Origin: a bacterium | GTDB lineage: Bacteria; Pseudomonadota; Alphaproteobacteria; Rs-D84; CACZYB01 | Length of the DNA stretch: 64,000 nt | Direction of reading: 5' to 3' | NCBI GenBank assembly: GCA_014803575.1 | Contig: JAAVBO010000022.1 | Location: 4,138-68,137 of the forward strand | Part shown: positions 10,913 to 20,733 of the stretch, in pieces | Position numbering within the stretch: position 1 is the first letter of the stretch | Layout of the letters: every line of letters starts with the position of its first letter | Notes under the pieces: model-generated | Told to the model about the DNA's origin: nothing | Databases searched by the model: none | Seen by the model: only the letters and a program-made list of their open reading frames with translations | Translations under genes and position numbers: made by a program

Positions 10913-10938
10913 GGCAGTTTTTCGATTCTGCCTTTTTT
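10913..10938 (+). terminator. Rho-independent terminator
   Basis: ggcag...ctgcc hairpin + T6. Confidence 0.6.
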
Positions 10939-10972
10939 AGATTATGGACATAGATTATAAAGGATTTTTAAT

Positions 10973-12769
10973 ATGGTTTCCGAGAGCGAGGAAAAAGAAT
11001 TTATGACTGATGAAAATTCTTCACTTAATGGTTTTAGGTGGAGATTATTCAATGCCGATGAACGATTTGTTCAAACGGTATGTCAAAAATATAATCTTCC
11101 TGATATTATTGCAAAGATTATAAATTCGCGAAAAATTACTTTTGAGCAAACGGAAACTTATATTTCTCCGCAAATAAAAAATTTACTTCCTTCGCCTTTT
11201 ATTTTAAAAGATATGGATAAGGCTGTGGAAAGAATAGTTCGTGCAATAGAGAGCGGTGAAGCAATAGGAATTTTTGGGGATTATGACGTTGATGGTGCTA
11301 CCTCTTCTGCGATATTATATAAATTTTTATATGATGTAGGTGTTAAGAATATTCAAATTTTCATTCCTGACAGACAGAATGACGGGTATGGATTAAATTC
11401 TGATGGATTAAAAAAGTTAATGAATGCAGGGTGTTCTTTGGTTGTTGCTGTTGATTGCGGTATTACCGGATTTGATGCCGTTGATATGGCAAATCAAATG
11501 GATTTGGATATTGTAATTGCCGATCATCATGAGGCAGAGGTTGGAGTTCCAAATGCGGTTGCTGTTGTTGATCCGAAAAGGGTTGATGACGATTCCGGAC
11601 TTACATATCTTGCTGCTTGCGGTGTAGTATTTTTGTTGACAGTTGCTATTAATAAAACTTTGCGAGAAAGAGGGTTTTATAAAAACAAGGGTATAGCAGA
11701 GCCTGATTTATTTTCTTATTTAGATTTAGTTGCACTTGGAACCGTGTGTGATGTTGTCCCTCTTGTCGGAGTTAATCGTGCGTTTGTTTCTGTTGGTATA
11801 AAGGTTATGGCACGCAGGCAGAATATCGGACTTAAATCACTTTGTGATGTGTCGGGGGTCAGTACTTCACCTTCTGTTTATCATTTGGGTTATGTTTTAG
11901 GTCCAAGAATAAATGCAGGTGGTCGTGTTGGAAATTCCAGTATTGCAGCACAACTTTTGACAACTCGTAATCCTTTGACTGCGGACAATCTTGCCCAAAA
12001 GTTAAATAATTTTAATTTGGAAAGGAAGGATATTGAGGCAACTGTTTTAGAAAAAGCTTTTTCAAAAGTCACAGCCGAAATAAAGCCTGATGATAATTTT
12101 ATATTTGTAAGCGGTAAAAATTGGCATACCGGTGTTATAGGAATTATTGCCGGAAGGTTAAAGGAACGATATAATCTTCCTACTTGTGTTGCGACAATTG
12201 ATGATAATGGTGTTGCAAATGGAAGTGGAAGAAGTATTCCGGAAATTGATTTGGGAAGTGCGATAATAAAGGCAAAAGAGCTTGGCATTTTAACAGAAGG
12301 CGGTGGGCATTCTATGGCTGCCGGTTTTACTCTTCGGGTTGAAAAAATCGATGAATTTAAAAAATTCCTTCATGATTACATTGAATCATCAACAAAATCT
12401 CAGAAGATAATTCCTGTGTTAAAAATAGATTCTGTAATTGATATTACTGGTATAAATGCCGATTTGATAAAAAAACTTCAAATTTTAGAACCTTTTGGAA
12501 CTGCGAATGAAGAGCCTAGGTTTGCGATACTTAATGCTAAACTTACCGGAAGTGATGCAATAGGTGGTGGAAATATCAGGTGTTATTTTTCTTCTGATAA
12601 CGGAAAAAGTATTTCCGCGATTTGTTATAAATCTGTTGATACTCCTGTTGGTGAAGTATTGTTATCTGAAGTAGGTGAGCGTTTCAAGTTAGCCGGAAAA
12701 ATAAGGGCTAACAGTTGGAACGGTAAAAACTATATTCAATTTATAATTGATGATATTGCAAAAATATAA
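10973..12769 (+). CDS. recJ: single-stranded-DNA-specific exonuclease RecJ
   Basis: DHH (IFGDYDVDGATS, VDCG, DHH) and DHHA1 (GGGHSMAAG) motifs. Confidence 0.9.
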   Translation: MVSESEEKEFMTDENSSLNGFRWRLFNADERFVQTVCQKYNLPDIIAKIINSRKITFEQTETYISPQIKNLLPSPFILKDMDKAVERIVRAIESGEAIGIFGDYDVDGATSSAILYKFLYDVGVKNIQIFIPDRQNDGYGLNSDGLKKLMNAGCSLVVAVDCGITGFDAVDMANQMDLDIVIADHHEAEVGVPNAVAVVDPKRVDDDSGLTYLAACGVVFLLTVAINKTLRERGFYKNKGIAEPDLFSYLDLVALGTVCDVVPLVGVNRAFVSVGIKVMARRQNIGLKSLCDVSGVSTSPSVYHLGYVLGPRINAGGRVGNSSIAAQLLTTRNPLTADNLAQKLNNFNLERKDIEATVLEKAFSKVTAEIKPDDNFIFVSGKNWHTGVIGIIAGRLKERYNLPTCVATIDDNGVANGSGRSIPEIDLGSAIIKAKELGILTEGGGHSMAAGFTLRVEKIDEFKKFLHDYIESSTKSQKIIPVLKIDSVIDITGINADLIKKLQILEPFGTANEEPRFAILNAKLTGSDAIGGGNIRCYFSSDNGKSISAICYKSVDTPVGEVLLSEVGERFKLAGKIRANSWNGKNYIQFIIDDIAKI

Positions 12770-12780
12770 AAGGGGTGGTT

Positions 12781-14097
12781 ATGAAAATTTTAAGTTTTAT
12801 TTTATTTTTTATTCTTTCAAATATGTCATTTGCTCAAAATGCTCCTGCGATAAAGGCGTTGGAAAATGCTGTTGAGGAAGTGGAAGTTTTTGATGATAGA
12901 GATTTTAAAAAATGGGTGGAAGATTTTAAGAAAACTGTTGTAAAAAAATATAAAATTTCACAAAAAACCGTTGATGAAGCATTCAAAAATATAAAGTATG
13001 AACCAAAGGTAATTGTATCAGACAGAAAACAGCCTGAATTTATGAAAACTTTTTGGAGTTATTATGATTCTGCATTAAAACCGGAACGTATTGCAGAGGG
13101 AAAAATTAAGTTAAAAAAATATTCTTCGTTATTTAATAAGGTTGCAAAGGAATATAATGTCCAACCACAAATTTTGATTGCATTTTGGGGAATGGAAACG
13201 AATTATGGAACCTATATAGGAAAATATAATGTAGTGCAAGTTCTTACAACTTTGGCATTTGATCCAAGGAGGTCAGAATTTTTTACAAATGAGCTTGTTA
13301 AGGCTTTGCAAATCATAGATAACGGACATATGAAAGTTTCTGATATGGTTGGTTCATGGGCAGGTGCGTTTGGTAATTTTCAATTTATGCCTTCGTCGTT
13401 TATGGCGTATGCAAAAGATGGTAATGGTGATGGAAAAATTGATGTGATAAATAATATTTATGATGCAGTTCATTCTGCTGCAAATTATTTATCAAAAATG
13501 GGTTGGAATGGAAAACAAAAATGGGGACGTCCGGTCCTTATTGATAAAAAGGATAAGAATTTATGGGAATATGTAAATTCGAACGAATGGAAGACTGTAA
13601 ATTTCTTTAAAAATTTAGGAGTAAAACAGTATAACGGTTCACCACTTCCAACATCAGATATAAATGCAAGTTTGATTGCTCCGAATGGCGTTGATGGCCC
13701 TGTTTTTCTTGTGTATGATAATTTTAAATATATTATGCGTTGGAATGCTTCTACAAATTATGCTTTGTCAGTCGGGCTTCTTTCTGATGCAATAGTGTCT
13801 AACTCTACACCTTTGTTTGACAGACCTGCAAATTGGAATAAAATTCAACCTATGACAACAGTGCAAATAAAGGAAATTCAAGAGGCATTAAAAAAACTTG
13901 GTATTTATGATACGACTGTATCGGGACTTTATGGAAAAAAGACTATGCAGGCAATTAAGAAATATCAAAAAATGTTATTAAATGGGGATAAGAAAGTATC
14001 GCCTAAAAAAGTTCCAATTACAGAATATAAATCGGGAAATCCTGTGGTTCAAGATGGGTATCCTTCGTTTGATTTATATGAAATGCTGGTAAAATAA
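12781..14097 (+). CDS. lytic murein transglycosylase (MltB-like) with C-terminal peptidoglycan-binding domain
   Basis: FWGMETNYG..., GSWAGAFGNFQFMPSS motifs; C-terminal PG-binding repeat; ORF track starts at GTG 12775, ATG 12781 with RBS preferred. Confidence 0.8.
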   Translation: MKILSFILFFILSNMSFAQNAPAIKALENAVEEVEVFDDRDFKKWVEDFKKTVVKKYKISQKTVDEAFKNIKYEPKVIVSDRKQPEFMKTFWSYYDSALKPERIAEGKIKLKKYSSLFNKVAKEYNVQPQILIAFWGMETNYGTYIGKYNVVQVLTTLAFDPRRSEFFTNELVKALQIIDNGHMKVSDMVGSWAGAFGNFQFMPSSFMAYAKDGNGDGKIDVINNIYDAVHSAANYLSKMGWNGKQKWGRPVLIDKKDKNLWEYVNSNEWKTVNFFKNLGVKQYNGSPLPTSDINASLIAPNGVDGPVFLVYDNFKYIMRWNASTNYALSVGLLSDAIVSNSTPLFDRPANWNKIQPMTTVQIKEIQEALKKLGIYDTTVSGLYGKKTMQAIKKYQKMLLNGDKKVSPKKVPITEYKSGNPVVQDGYPSFDLYEMLVK

Positions 14098-14123
14098 AGG
14101 GAGTCTAAGCTCCCCTTTTTTTA
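14098..14123. terminator. bidirectional terminator
   Basis: gggagtctaagctccc hairpin + T7. Confidence 0.6.
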
Positions 14124-15632
14124 ATCATAAAATCCGTCCGGAACAGGGCAATATAATAAATTATCATCACCGTCAAAATTATATAAAGTATTTTTATTTT
14201 GTTCGGAGTTATTTTCTTTTATTTCTTTTTCAAAGATAGTATTTAATTTTTGTTCTACAATCTCTGCCTCCGGTTCATCAAGGTTATTGATTGCGGAGAT
14301 AGTTTTTTCACCTATAACGCCATCAACTAATAATTCGTCATTATCATTTAAGAATTGGTTAGTAATAGTTTGGGTTGTTTTTGCAATCTTTACAGGGTCA
14401 TCTGTGATTACAGAAAGTTCAAATATATCGCTTGCAATTTCTTTGTGTTTTATTTCGGGAATGTTTTGCATATTGAAAATTTTTACTTCTTGTTTTATAT
14501 CAGAATCTGGTTTTTGTTCCTCAACTTTTTTATGAAGTTGTCTAAATAGTATTGCATCTTGCATAAGTTTTGCTTCTTTTTCTTTTGTTTTTATTGTGTC
14601 AGAATTGTCTGTAATATTACATTCTTTATTTTCATCACTGTATGCAAAATGAAAGAATTGAGAAACATCATCATTTACCTTTTTTGAATTAGGATTGTCA
14701 GAATTCCTATACCCTCTGTGCCTCATCACAATTTTTGCATTTTTAAGGCTGTCAATTTGAAAAGCTTCAGGAGATATATTTTCTGCATTTTTATCACCGA
14801 CAATTAATACTTGAAAAGGTATAACTTTTCTGCTTTGTTCAAGTTCTGGATTGAGTTCAATAAGTTCCTCTGGCGACATATTATTATCATCAGCGATTTT
14901 TTCCAAGCTGTCATTTGCTTTCACTTCATAGTAAAAAGATGATTGAGGATTTGTGATTATATTATCTTCATTTTTTTCAAATGGAACATCTGGGATTAAA
15001 TCTATTCTTTCATCATAAGGTAGGTTAAAATAATTAGTATCGGGTTCTTTTGATTCTGTTAAAGTAAGTTTTTCTTTACTCCATCTGTTTAATTTTTCCT
15101 TATTTTTAAATATTTCTTTTTCAAATTGTTCTTTGGTAAGGTTTGGACCGTATTTATCATATAATTCCATACCAAACTTTACAGCATTATTATCAGTATT
15201 GCTGTTGCTGAAAGCATTTATATGTCCTTTGAATGCGTCATGAAATTGAGCACCAAATTTTCTTCCCCAAACTTTATTTTTTTGTAAGGTATAGCCCCAA
15301 TGAATATTACTCCAAATATCATAGTCATAAATGAATTTATAATCGTTTGGAATGTTCGAACCGAATACAGTATGTCCTTTTTCATTTTTATATCTGTTTG
15401 CAATTTTTTTAAGTATAGGTTTAAAATCAAAAATATCAGAATTTGCTAGGTCATAGAGTTGCCAAAAACGTATCGCATCAAAATTAGGGTCATTTATTTT
15501 TGCAATCATTTCTTTGTAGATAGAATCGATAATTTGATTGTAAACAGGTTTACTTTTATCAATATTGAGAAAACCTTGTAATCTTTTTATTTTACTAACT
15601 TTTTGTTTTTTCATAGAAAATTCTCCTTTCAT
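14121..15632 (-). CDS. LysM-domain protein with uncharacterised N-terminal domain
   Basis: Central LysM-like YYEVKANDSLEKIADDNNMSPEELIELNP; N-terminal ~180 aa conserved-looking (DYDIWSNIHWGY...) unknown. Confidence 0.5.
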   Translation of the reverse strand: MKGEFSMKKQKVSKIKRLQGFLNIDKSKPVYNQIIDSIYKEMIAKINDPNFDAIRFWQLYDLANSDIFDFKPILKKIANRYKNEKGHTVFGSNIPNDYKFIYDYDIWSNIHWGYTLQKNKVWGRKFGAQFHDAFKGHINAFSNSNTDNNAVKFGMELYDKYGPNLTKEQFEKEIFKNKEKLNRWSKEKLTLTESKEPDTNYFNLPYDERIDLIPDVPFEKNEDNIITNPQSSFYYEVKANDSLEKIADDNNMSPEELIELNPELEQSRKVIPFQVLIVGDKNAENISPEAFQIDSLKNAKIVMRHRGYRNSDNPNSKKVNDDVSQFFHFAYSDENKECNITDNSDTIKTKEKEAKLMQDAILFRQLHKKVEEQKPDSDIKQEVKIFNMQNIPEIKHKEIASDIFELSVITDDPVKIAKTTQTITNQFLNDNDELLVDGVIGEKTISAINNLDEPEAEIVEQKLNTIFEKEIKENNSEQNKNTLYNFDGDDNLLYCPVPDGFYD

Positions 15633-15704
15633 ATTAAAAGTTATCGTTTTGTTCTATTTTATAATTGATTTATGAAATAATTCTCGTTATAATAGAATTG
15701 TTAA

Positions 15705-16112
15705 ATGGCAAAGAGGTGTAAAATGCAAAAACAAAAAAAAGATATAGTTGATGTTTTGTTCACTCATAAAACATTGTCTGTTGGTTATAAAATATTAAAG
15801 GCAATCATTGTTTTATATTTCAGTATATTTTTTACAATCCTCGATTTTCATTTCTTAAGATTACACATTAATCTTCAATATGGTGTTTGGTATGTTTATA
15901 TCTATATTCTGGCTTTTGCATTATATTTTTCTTTTATTTATTTTTTGATGGTAAAGGCATCAAAGGAATTTCTTGTCGGTTTAATTTTACTTGCATATTT
16001 TATTGGTAATTTATTATTTTTACCACCTACGTATAAGGAAATATTTTCAATCATTTCTTTATTGTTTTTTTTATATTATATCGTTTCCGTAAGTAATAAG
16101 GAGGAGAAATGA
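15705..16112 (+). CDS. small membrane protein, hypothetical (1 of 3 overlapping)
   Basis: 3-4 predicted TM helices; starts overlap next ORF (ATGA). Confidence 0.4.
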   Translation: MAKRCKMQKQKKDIVDVLFTHKTLSVGYKILKAIIVLYFSIFFTILDFHFLRLHINLQYGVWYVYIYILAFALYFSFIYFLMVKASKEFLVGLILLAYFIGNLLFLPPTYKEIFSIISLLFFLYYIVSVSNKEEK

Positions 16113-16429
16113 TAAATAAATACCATAAGGATATTATAAAGAAACTCAGCCATTATATAATAATGATTTGCTGTAATTCACTTATCTCCGCAATTTTTGG
16201 AACATTTTCTGCTCTCATATATTCTTTTATTTGTGAAGATTATGGGCACCCAAATGTCAGTGATATAGAGTTTATTCTCTTTACTGTAATTTCTTTTTTA
16301 ATATTTTTCTCATTATTCACCATTATGAATAATATTGTATTTACAAATGTGAAGAATATTTGGATAAGGGCATTTGCCTTTGCACTGTTTTATATCCTTC
16401 CTGTATATAATTATATTATTAACAGATGA
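16109..16429 (+). CDS. small membrane protein, hypothetical (2 of 3)
   Basis: hydrophobic; translationally coupled. Confidence 0.4.
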   Translation: MINKYHKDIIKKLSHYIIMICCNSLISAIFGTFSALIYSFICEDYGHPNVSDIEFILFTVISFLIFFSLFTIMNNIVFTNVKNIWIRAFAFALFYILPVYNYIINR

Positions 16430-16791
16430 GGTGTGATATGGCAGAAAGAAAAATTGATAATATTATAGATTTTATTGTTATACAGTTTTTCCCTTGGTTG
16501 TTTTTAATAGGGATAAACTTTATGTATTCCATATTTGTTATTATCGGTTTATTCGGTTTTGGTCCTAATGTAGAATATGATACATTTATATGGGACATTG
16601 TCAGATATTATGACAGCCCATACTTTGATGAATTTCAGTTGGGGCTGTTTGTTTCCTCATTTTTCCTTCTTATAACTACACAATTATTTGTATTCAGAAA
16701 TACAACAAAGCTGTCAACAAAGATATTTGCTTTTTGTGATTTCTATTTATTTGGAATAGTTATAGGTTTATTGATGTTGTTTGGTTCTTAA
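16426..16791 (+). CDS. small membrane protein, hypothetical (3 of 3)
   Basis: hydrophobic; translationally coupled. Confidence 0.4.
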   Translation: MRCDMAERKIDNIIDFIVIQFFPWLFLIGINFMYSIFVIIGLFGFGPNVEYDTFIWDIVRYYDSPYFDEFQLGLFVSSFFLLITTQLFVFRNTTKLSTKIFAFCDFYLFGIVIGLLMLFGS

Positions 16792-16979
16792 ATAATGGAT
16801 AGATTTAGTCCGTTAGCGAATTTTACTATATCATAATTTAGTTGGAAAGTCAAGAACAATTTTAGAACATTCATGTCATACCGTTTGCCATTCTTGTAAT
16901 CTCATAACTCAAACTAAGCTTTTTGATGTTGTCGTTTGTTGTTGATTTTTGAAGATAATTAAATGTTTTCATTTTGTTC

Positions 16980-17009
16980 TTGACTTTTTATAAAAAATAG
17001 TGTATAGTA
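16980..17009 (+). promoter_or_regulatory. sigma70-like promoter (TTGACT-18-TATAGT)
   Basis: Seen in sequence upstream of 17181 ORF. Confidence 0.4.
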
Positions 17010-17180
17010 GTTTTCAACTAATGGGATAAGTATACCCATTTTTTTTATAATCTGTAATCTTCATTTTTCTGTGAAGATTTTTTTATTGAGATTTTGTGAT
17101 GAATATTTGAATGGCTATCTTTTTTTAGATAGCTTATGAAATTTCCATATTTGTTATGGAATTCTAATGGAGGATAGTTT

Positions 17181-17621
17181 ATGAATTTTGTTGATGATAG
17201 AAATAAATTTATTAAGAAATCAAAACTTAATAATAGTATGAATAAATTAATATTGGCAAAAACTTTATTTAAAATTGCAGGCAGTGATGAATTGTTATTA
17301 AATGCTGTTGCAAATGTTATTTTAAATAGGTTTTTATATGAGTATGAAATTGATAATGAAATAACTTTTATAAAATGTATTACGGATATTTCTTTTTTGC
17401 CTTGTTGGAAAGATTTGAAATCTATGGATAATATTTGTATTGATAATAGTGTATTTAAAAAATGTTTTAATTTTGCGGGTTTTGTATTAAGTGGAAAATT
17501 AAAAGATGACACTTTTTCTTCTATCAGATTTCATAGAGTCGGAGAATTCCCATCTTGGGCAATAGGACTTAAATATATAAAAGATGTTTCCGGTTATCTT
17601 TTTTATAATAATTGTGATTGA
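17181..17621 (+). CDS. cell wall hydrolase, SleB/CwlJ (Hydrolase_2) family
   Basis: LLNAVANVILNRF matches the conserved (V)A(V)AAVILNR(V) core of SleB/CwlJ hydrolases. Confidence 0.55.
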   Translation: MNFVDDRNKFIKKSKLNNSMNKLILAKTLFKIAGSDELLLNAVANVILNRFLYEYEIDNEITFIKCITDISFLPCWKDLKSMDNICIDNSVFKKCFNFAGFVLSGKLKDDTFSSIRFHRVGEFPSWAIGLKYIKDVSGYLFYNNCD

Positions 17622-17647
17622 TAAAATAATTTGAAAGGGATTTTAGA

Positions 17648-18388
17648 ATGGATAATTTAAAAAATAATGAGTTAAAAAAAATTGTTCCTGATAATGGTAT
17701 TAAATCTGAGGTTGCAAATAAACCTTCTAATGTGCCGGAAAAATTTTGGAATAGTGAAACCGGAAGTTTAAGAGATGAAGAGCTTTTGAAATCTTATTTG
17801 GAATTAGAAAAAAAATTTAGTTCTTGTTCCAAAAAAAAAGGTGATGATAAAAATATTTTGGAACTTGCTCTTGAAACAGAAGGTCCTGCATCAGATTATA
17901 ATATTGTACTTCATCATAAGTTATTAGATATTGATGAGAATCTTAATAAGCGGTTAAAAAATGCCGGATTCACAAATGCTCAAGCTCAACTTGTTTATGA
18001 TTTAGGGGCTGAAATAGTTATGCCTTTGATTGAAAATATTGTTGAACAATTTCGTGCCTATCGTGAGCTTGAAAAGTTGGAAAAATATTTTGGTGGAGAG
18101 GAACGTTTTGATGAAATTTCAAGACAGATTTTGATGTGGGCTGAAAAAAATGTGCCGGAAGAAATTTATGAATCTCTTAATTCTTCTTATTATGGTGTTA
18201 TTGCTTTGTATAATATGATGACAAGTAACAATGAACCTTCTATGGTGAATATGAATGGTGAAGGAGAGAGTGTGTTAAGTGAAAAAAAATTAAGAAGTAT
18301 GATGAGTGATCCAAGATATTGGAGAGATGGTGATAAAGATTTTATAAAAAAAGTTGATGAAGGTTTTAAAAATTTATATGACAGATAA
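17648..18388 (+). CDS. T7 gp9-like capsid assembly (scaffolding) protein
   Basis: Acidic helical protein; GGEERFDEI ~ T7 gp9 GGRERFDAL and C-terminal MSDPRYWRDGDKDFIKKVDE ~ T7 gp9 MSDPRYRTDANYRRQVEQKV (from memory). Confidence 0.55.
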   Translation: MDNLKNNELKKIVPDNGIKSEVANKPSNVPEKFWNSETGSLRDEELLKSYLELEKKFSSCSKKKGDDKNILELALETEGPASDYNIVLHHKLLDIDENLNKRLKNAGFTNAQAQLVYDLGAEIVMPLIENIVEQFRAYRELEKLEKYFGGEERFDEISRQILMWAEKNVPEEIYESLNSSYYGVIALYNMMTSNNEPSMVNMNGEGESVLSEKKLRSMMSDPRYWRDGDKDFIKKVDEGFKNLYDR

Positions 18389-18480
18389 AATTTTTTAATA
18401 CTTTTTTGATATTTTTTATTGAAGTATGCTTTTGAATGTGATATACTGAAATTGTCTTTTGTTAAATAGGAGAGAGAAAT

Positions 18481-18813
18481 ATGTTTAAAAGTATAATTAA
18501 AAAAGCTAAACCTGCTTCTAAAAAAGTTGAAGCAAAAAAGGCTCCTGCTAAAAAAGCAGTACCAGCTAAAAAAGTTGCAGTTAAAAAAACTACAACAACA
18601 ACTGCTAAAAAAGTTGTTGCAAAGAAACCTGTTGTAGCAAAGAAAGTAACTGTAAAAAAGGCTCCTGCTAAAAAAGTAGCACCAGCTAAAAAAGTTGCAG
18701 TTAAAAAAGCACCTGCTAAAAAAGTAGTTGTTAAAAAGGCTGCTGTAAAAACTGCTTCTGTAAAAAAATCAGTTAAACCAGTTGCAAAAAAAAAAGTAGC
18801 AAAAAAGAAGTAG
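18481..18813 (+). CDS. histone H1-like lysine/alanine-rich DNA-binding protein
   Basis: Tandem AKKAxPAKKVAVKK repeats; antisense ORF 18462..18914 is an artefact of the same repeats. Confidence 0.8.
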   Translation: MFKSIIKKAKPASKKVEAKKAPAKKAVPAKKVAVKKTTTTTAKKVVAKKPVVAKKVTVKKAPAKKVAPAKKVAVKKAPAKKVVVKKAAVKTASVKKSVKPVAKKKVAKKK

Positions 18814-18824
18814 TTGATATTTCT

Positions 18825-19382
18825 TTGATGGTATCTAATCCCAATAAAAAGGGTAATGAGGTTAAGAAAAAAACTTCGTTTATCTCTTCTTTGTTGGGAT
18901 TTTTTTATAACCATACAAAAAAAATATTGTCAGTTTATCTTGCTCTTGTCGTTGTATTTTCTTTCGCATTTGCTTTCATAAGAGAGTTGGATGTTTATAA
19001 GCAAATAAGATTTTCAACTAATCCTGTGGAAATTATGTTTATTTCTATTGCATATTCCATATTTGATATTATCAAATATTTTGTGCCGGTTCTTATTATT
19101 GCTTTGATTGTAAAGTATATTATGATGAAGGCGAGAAAGATAAAATTAAAATTTGTTTTTAAAAGAAGTTTCAAAAGACAAACAATGATTGCGTTTACAA
19201 TTTCATTTGTTTTTGCAATTATATTTTATTTTGATGTTTTATTGGTGACCAATTATTCTCGTCAATTAGTAGAATCATCATTAGAGTTATTTATTTTGTT
19301 CTTTTTATCTGTATTATTTACATTGTCTTCAATGTATGGTTTGTTAAAGGGAATTTCTCCTGTATTTGAACAAAAAAAATAA
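18825..19382 (+). CDS. membrane protein, hypothetical
   Basis: 4 TM segments. Confidence 0.45.
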   Translation: MMVSNPNKKGNEVKKKTSFISSLLGFFYNHTKKILSVYLALVVVFSFAFAFIRELDVYKQIRFSTNPVEIMFISIAYSIFDIIKYFVPVLIIALIVKYIMMKARKIKLKFVFKRSFKRQTMIAFTISFVFAIIFYFDVLLVTNYSRQLVESSLELFILFFLSVLFTLSSMYGLLKGISPVFEQKK

Positions 19383-19556
19383 TAAAATTAATTTTAATTA
19401 TACTTTGTAAGATTTAAAATCCGCCGGTTTGTGCGGATTTTTAATTTTGCAAATAATATGCAGATAAAGTTTCGGGATAACATTTCTTTATGCCCCGTTT
19501 GGGTGTGCCTTTATTTTAAAGGCATTTTTTTAATTTAAAAAAAAGGAGATATAAAT

Positions 19557-20393
19557 ATGTCAATTTCTATTGATCAATCTTTTATAAAACAGTTTGAAGC
19601 CGAAGTGCATCTTGCTTTTCAACAAACAGGAACAAAACTTCGTTCTACTGTCAGAACAAAAAATGATGTAAGAGGTAGTTCTACAACTTTCCAAAAAGTA
19701 GGTAAGGGAACTGCTACAACAAAAGCAAGACACGGTCTTGTGCCAGTTATGAATTTGGATCATACACCTGTTGAATGTGTATTATCAGATTACTATGCCG
19801 GTGATTGGGTTGATGAGTTAGACGAGCTTAAAACAAATGTTGATGAAAGACGTGTTGTTGCATCTGCCGGTGCGTATGCATTGGGTCGTAAAAGTGATGA
19901 GCTTATTATTTCAGAACTTAATCTTGCTTCACAATCTGTTGAAATGGGAACAACCGGTCTTACAAAGGCGAAAATCCTTTCTGCTTTGGAAATACTTAAT
20001 AATAATGATGTGCCAGATGATGGTCAAAGATTTGCTGTTGTCGGTGTGCATCAATGGAATGAACTTTTAAATATGAAAGAATTCTCAAATGCTGATTATG
20101 TCGGTGATTCTTATCCTTTATTAAACGGAACGGAATCAAGAAAATGGCTTGGTATTAATTGGATTATGCATAATGCTTTGCCTTTTGATGAAGATAATTC
20201 TTCAAGAGCTTGTTTTATCTATCACAAAAATGCAATAGGTCATGCATCAGGTTGTGATGTTAAAACTGATATTACATGGCATGGTGAAAGAGCTGCGCAC
20301 TTTATTTCTAATTGTATGAGTCAAGGTGCAAAGCTTATTGATAACAGCGGTATTGTTAAAATTATGTGTAAAGATACTTCTGTGATTGGTTAA
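19557..20393 (+). CDS. T7-like (gp10-like) major capsid protein
   Basis: FQKVGKG...VPVMNLDHTPVE...DERRVVASAGAYALGRKSDELIISELN resembles T7 gp10 FPVLGRTQAAYLAPGENLDD...DVRSEYTSQLGESLAMAADGAVLAEIAGL (from memory); strong RBS aaaaaggagat. Confidence 0.75.
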   Translation: MSISIDQSFIKQFEAEVHLAFQQTGTKLRSTVRTKNDVRGSSTTFQKVGKGTATTKARHGLVPVMNLDHTPVECVLSDYYAGDWVDELDELKTNVDERRVVASAGAYALGRKSDELIISELNLASQSVEMGTTGLTKAKILSALEILNNNDVPDDGQRFAVVGVHQWNELLNMKEFSNADYVGDSYPLLNGTESRKWLGINWIMHNALPFDEDNSSRACFIYHKNAIGHASGCDVKTDITWHGERAAHFISNCMSQGAKLIDNSGIVKIMCKDTSVIG

Positions 20394-20419
20394 TAATAAA
20401 CAAAAAAAAGGAAATAAAA

Positions 20420-20674
20420 ATGTCAATGGATTCAAAAAATTTATCAGTTCTTGCTTATTCTAACGGTTTTACTTTGTGGCATTATAAAACAGATGATGCG
20501 AAAACTGTTGTCGGAGCAAGCGGATATTTCAATAAAGTGTCGAATATATTTAATGTAGGAGATGTTATTTTTGCATCTCTTGGAAATACCTCAAAAGAAA
20601 TGGTAATGTATACAGTTTCTTCTGTGGAAAGTGGTGTTGTTAGTGTGTCTGATGTAATGCCAACAAGTGTTTAA
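20420..20674 (+). CDS. small phage-module protein, hypothetical
   Basis: Sits between capsid and tail tubular A; own RBS and terminator. Confidence 0.4.
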   Translation: MSMDSKNLSVLAYSNGFTLWHYKTDDAKTVVGASGYFNKVSNIFNVGDVIFASLGNTSKEMVMYTVSSVESGVVSVSDVMPTSV

Positions 20675-20694
20675 TTTTAGTAATTTGGAATAAA

Positions 20695-20723
20695 ATCCCT
20701 GTTTTCGGACGGGGATTTTTTTA
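20695..20723 (+). terminator. Rho-independent terminator
   Basis: ccctgttttcggacggg hairpin + T7. Confidence 0.5.
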
Positions 20724-20733
20724 TGGGAGAAAT

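Noticed and set aside
18462-18914. 150-aa minus-strand ORF overlapping the H1-like gene
   Set aside because: It is the antisense reading of the KAAK repeat DNA (giving FFATT/FLAG repeats); the plus-strand H1-like ORF has the RBS and sensible composition.
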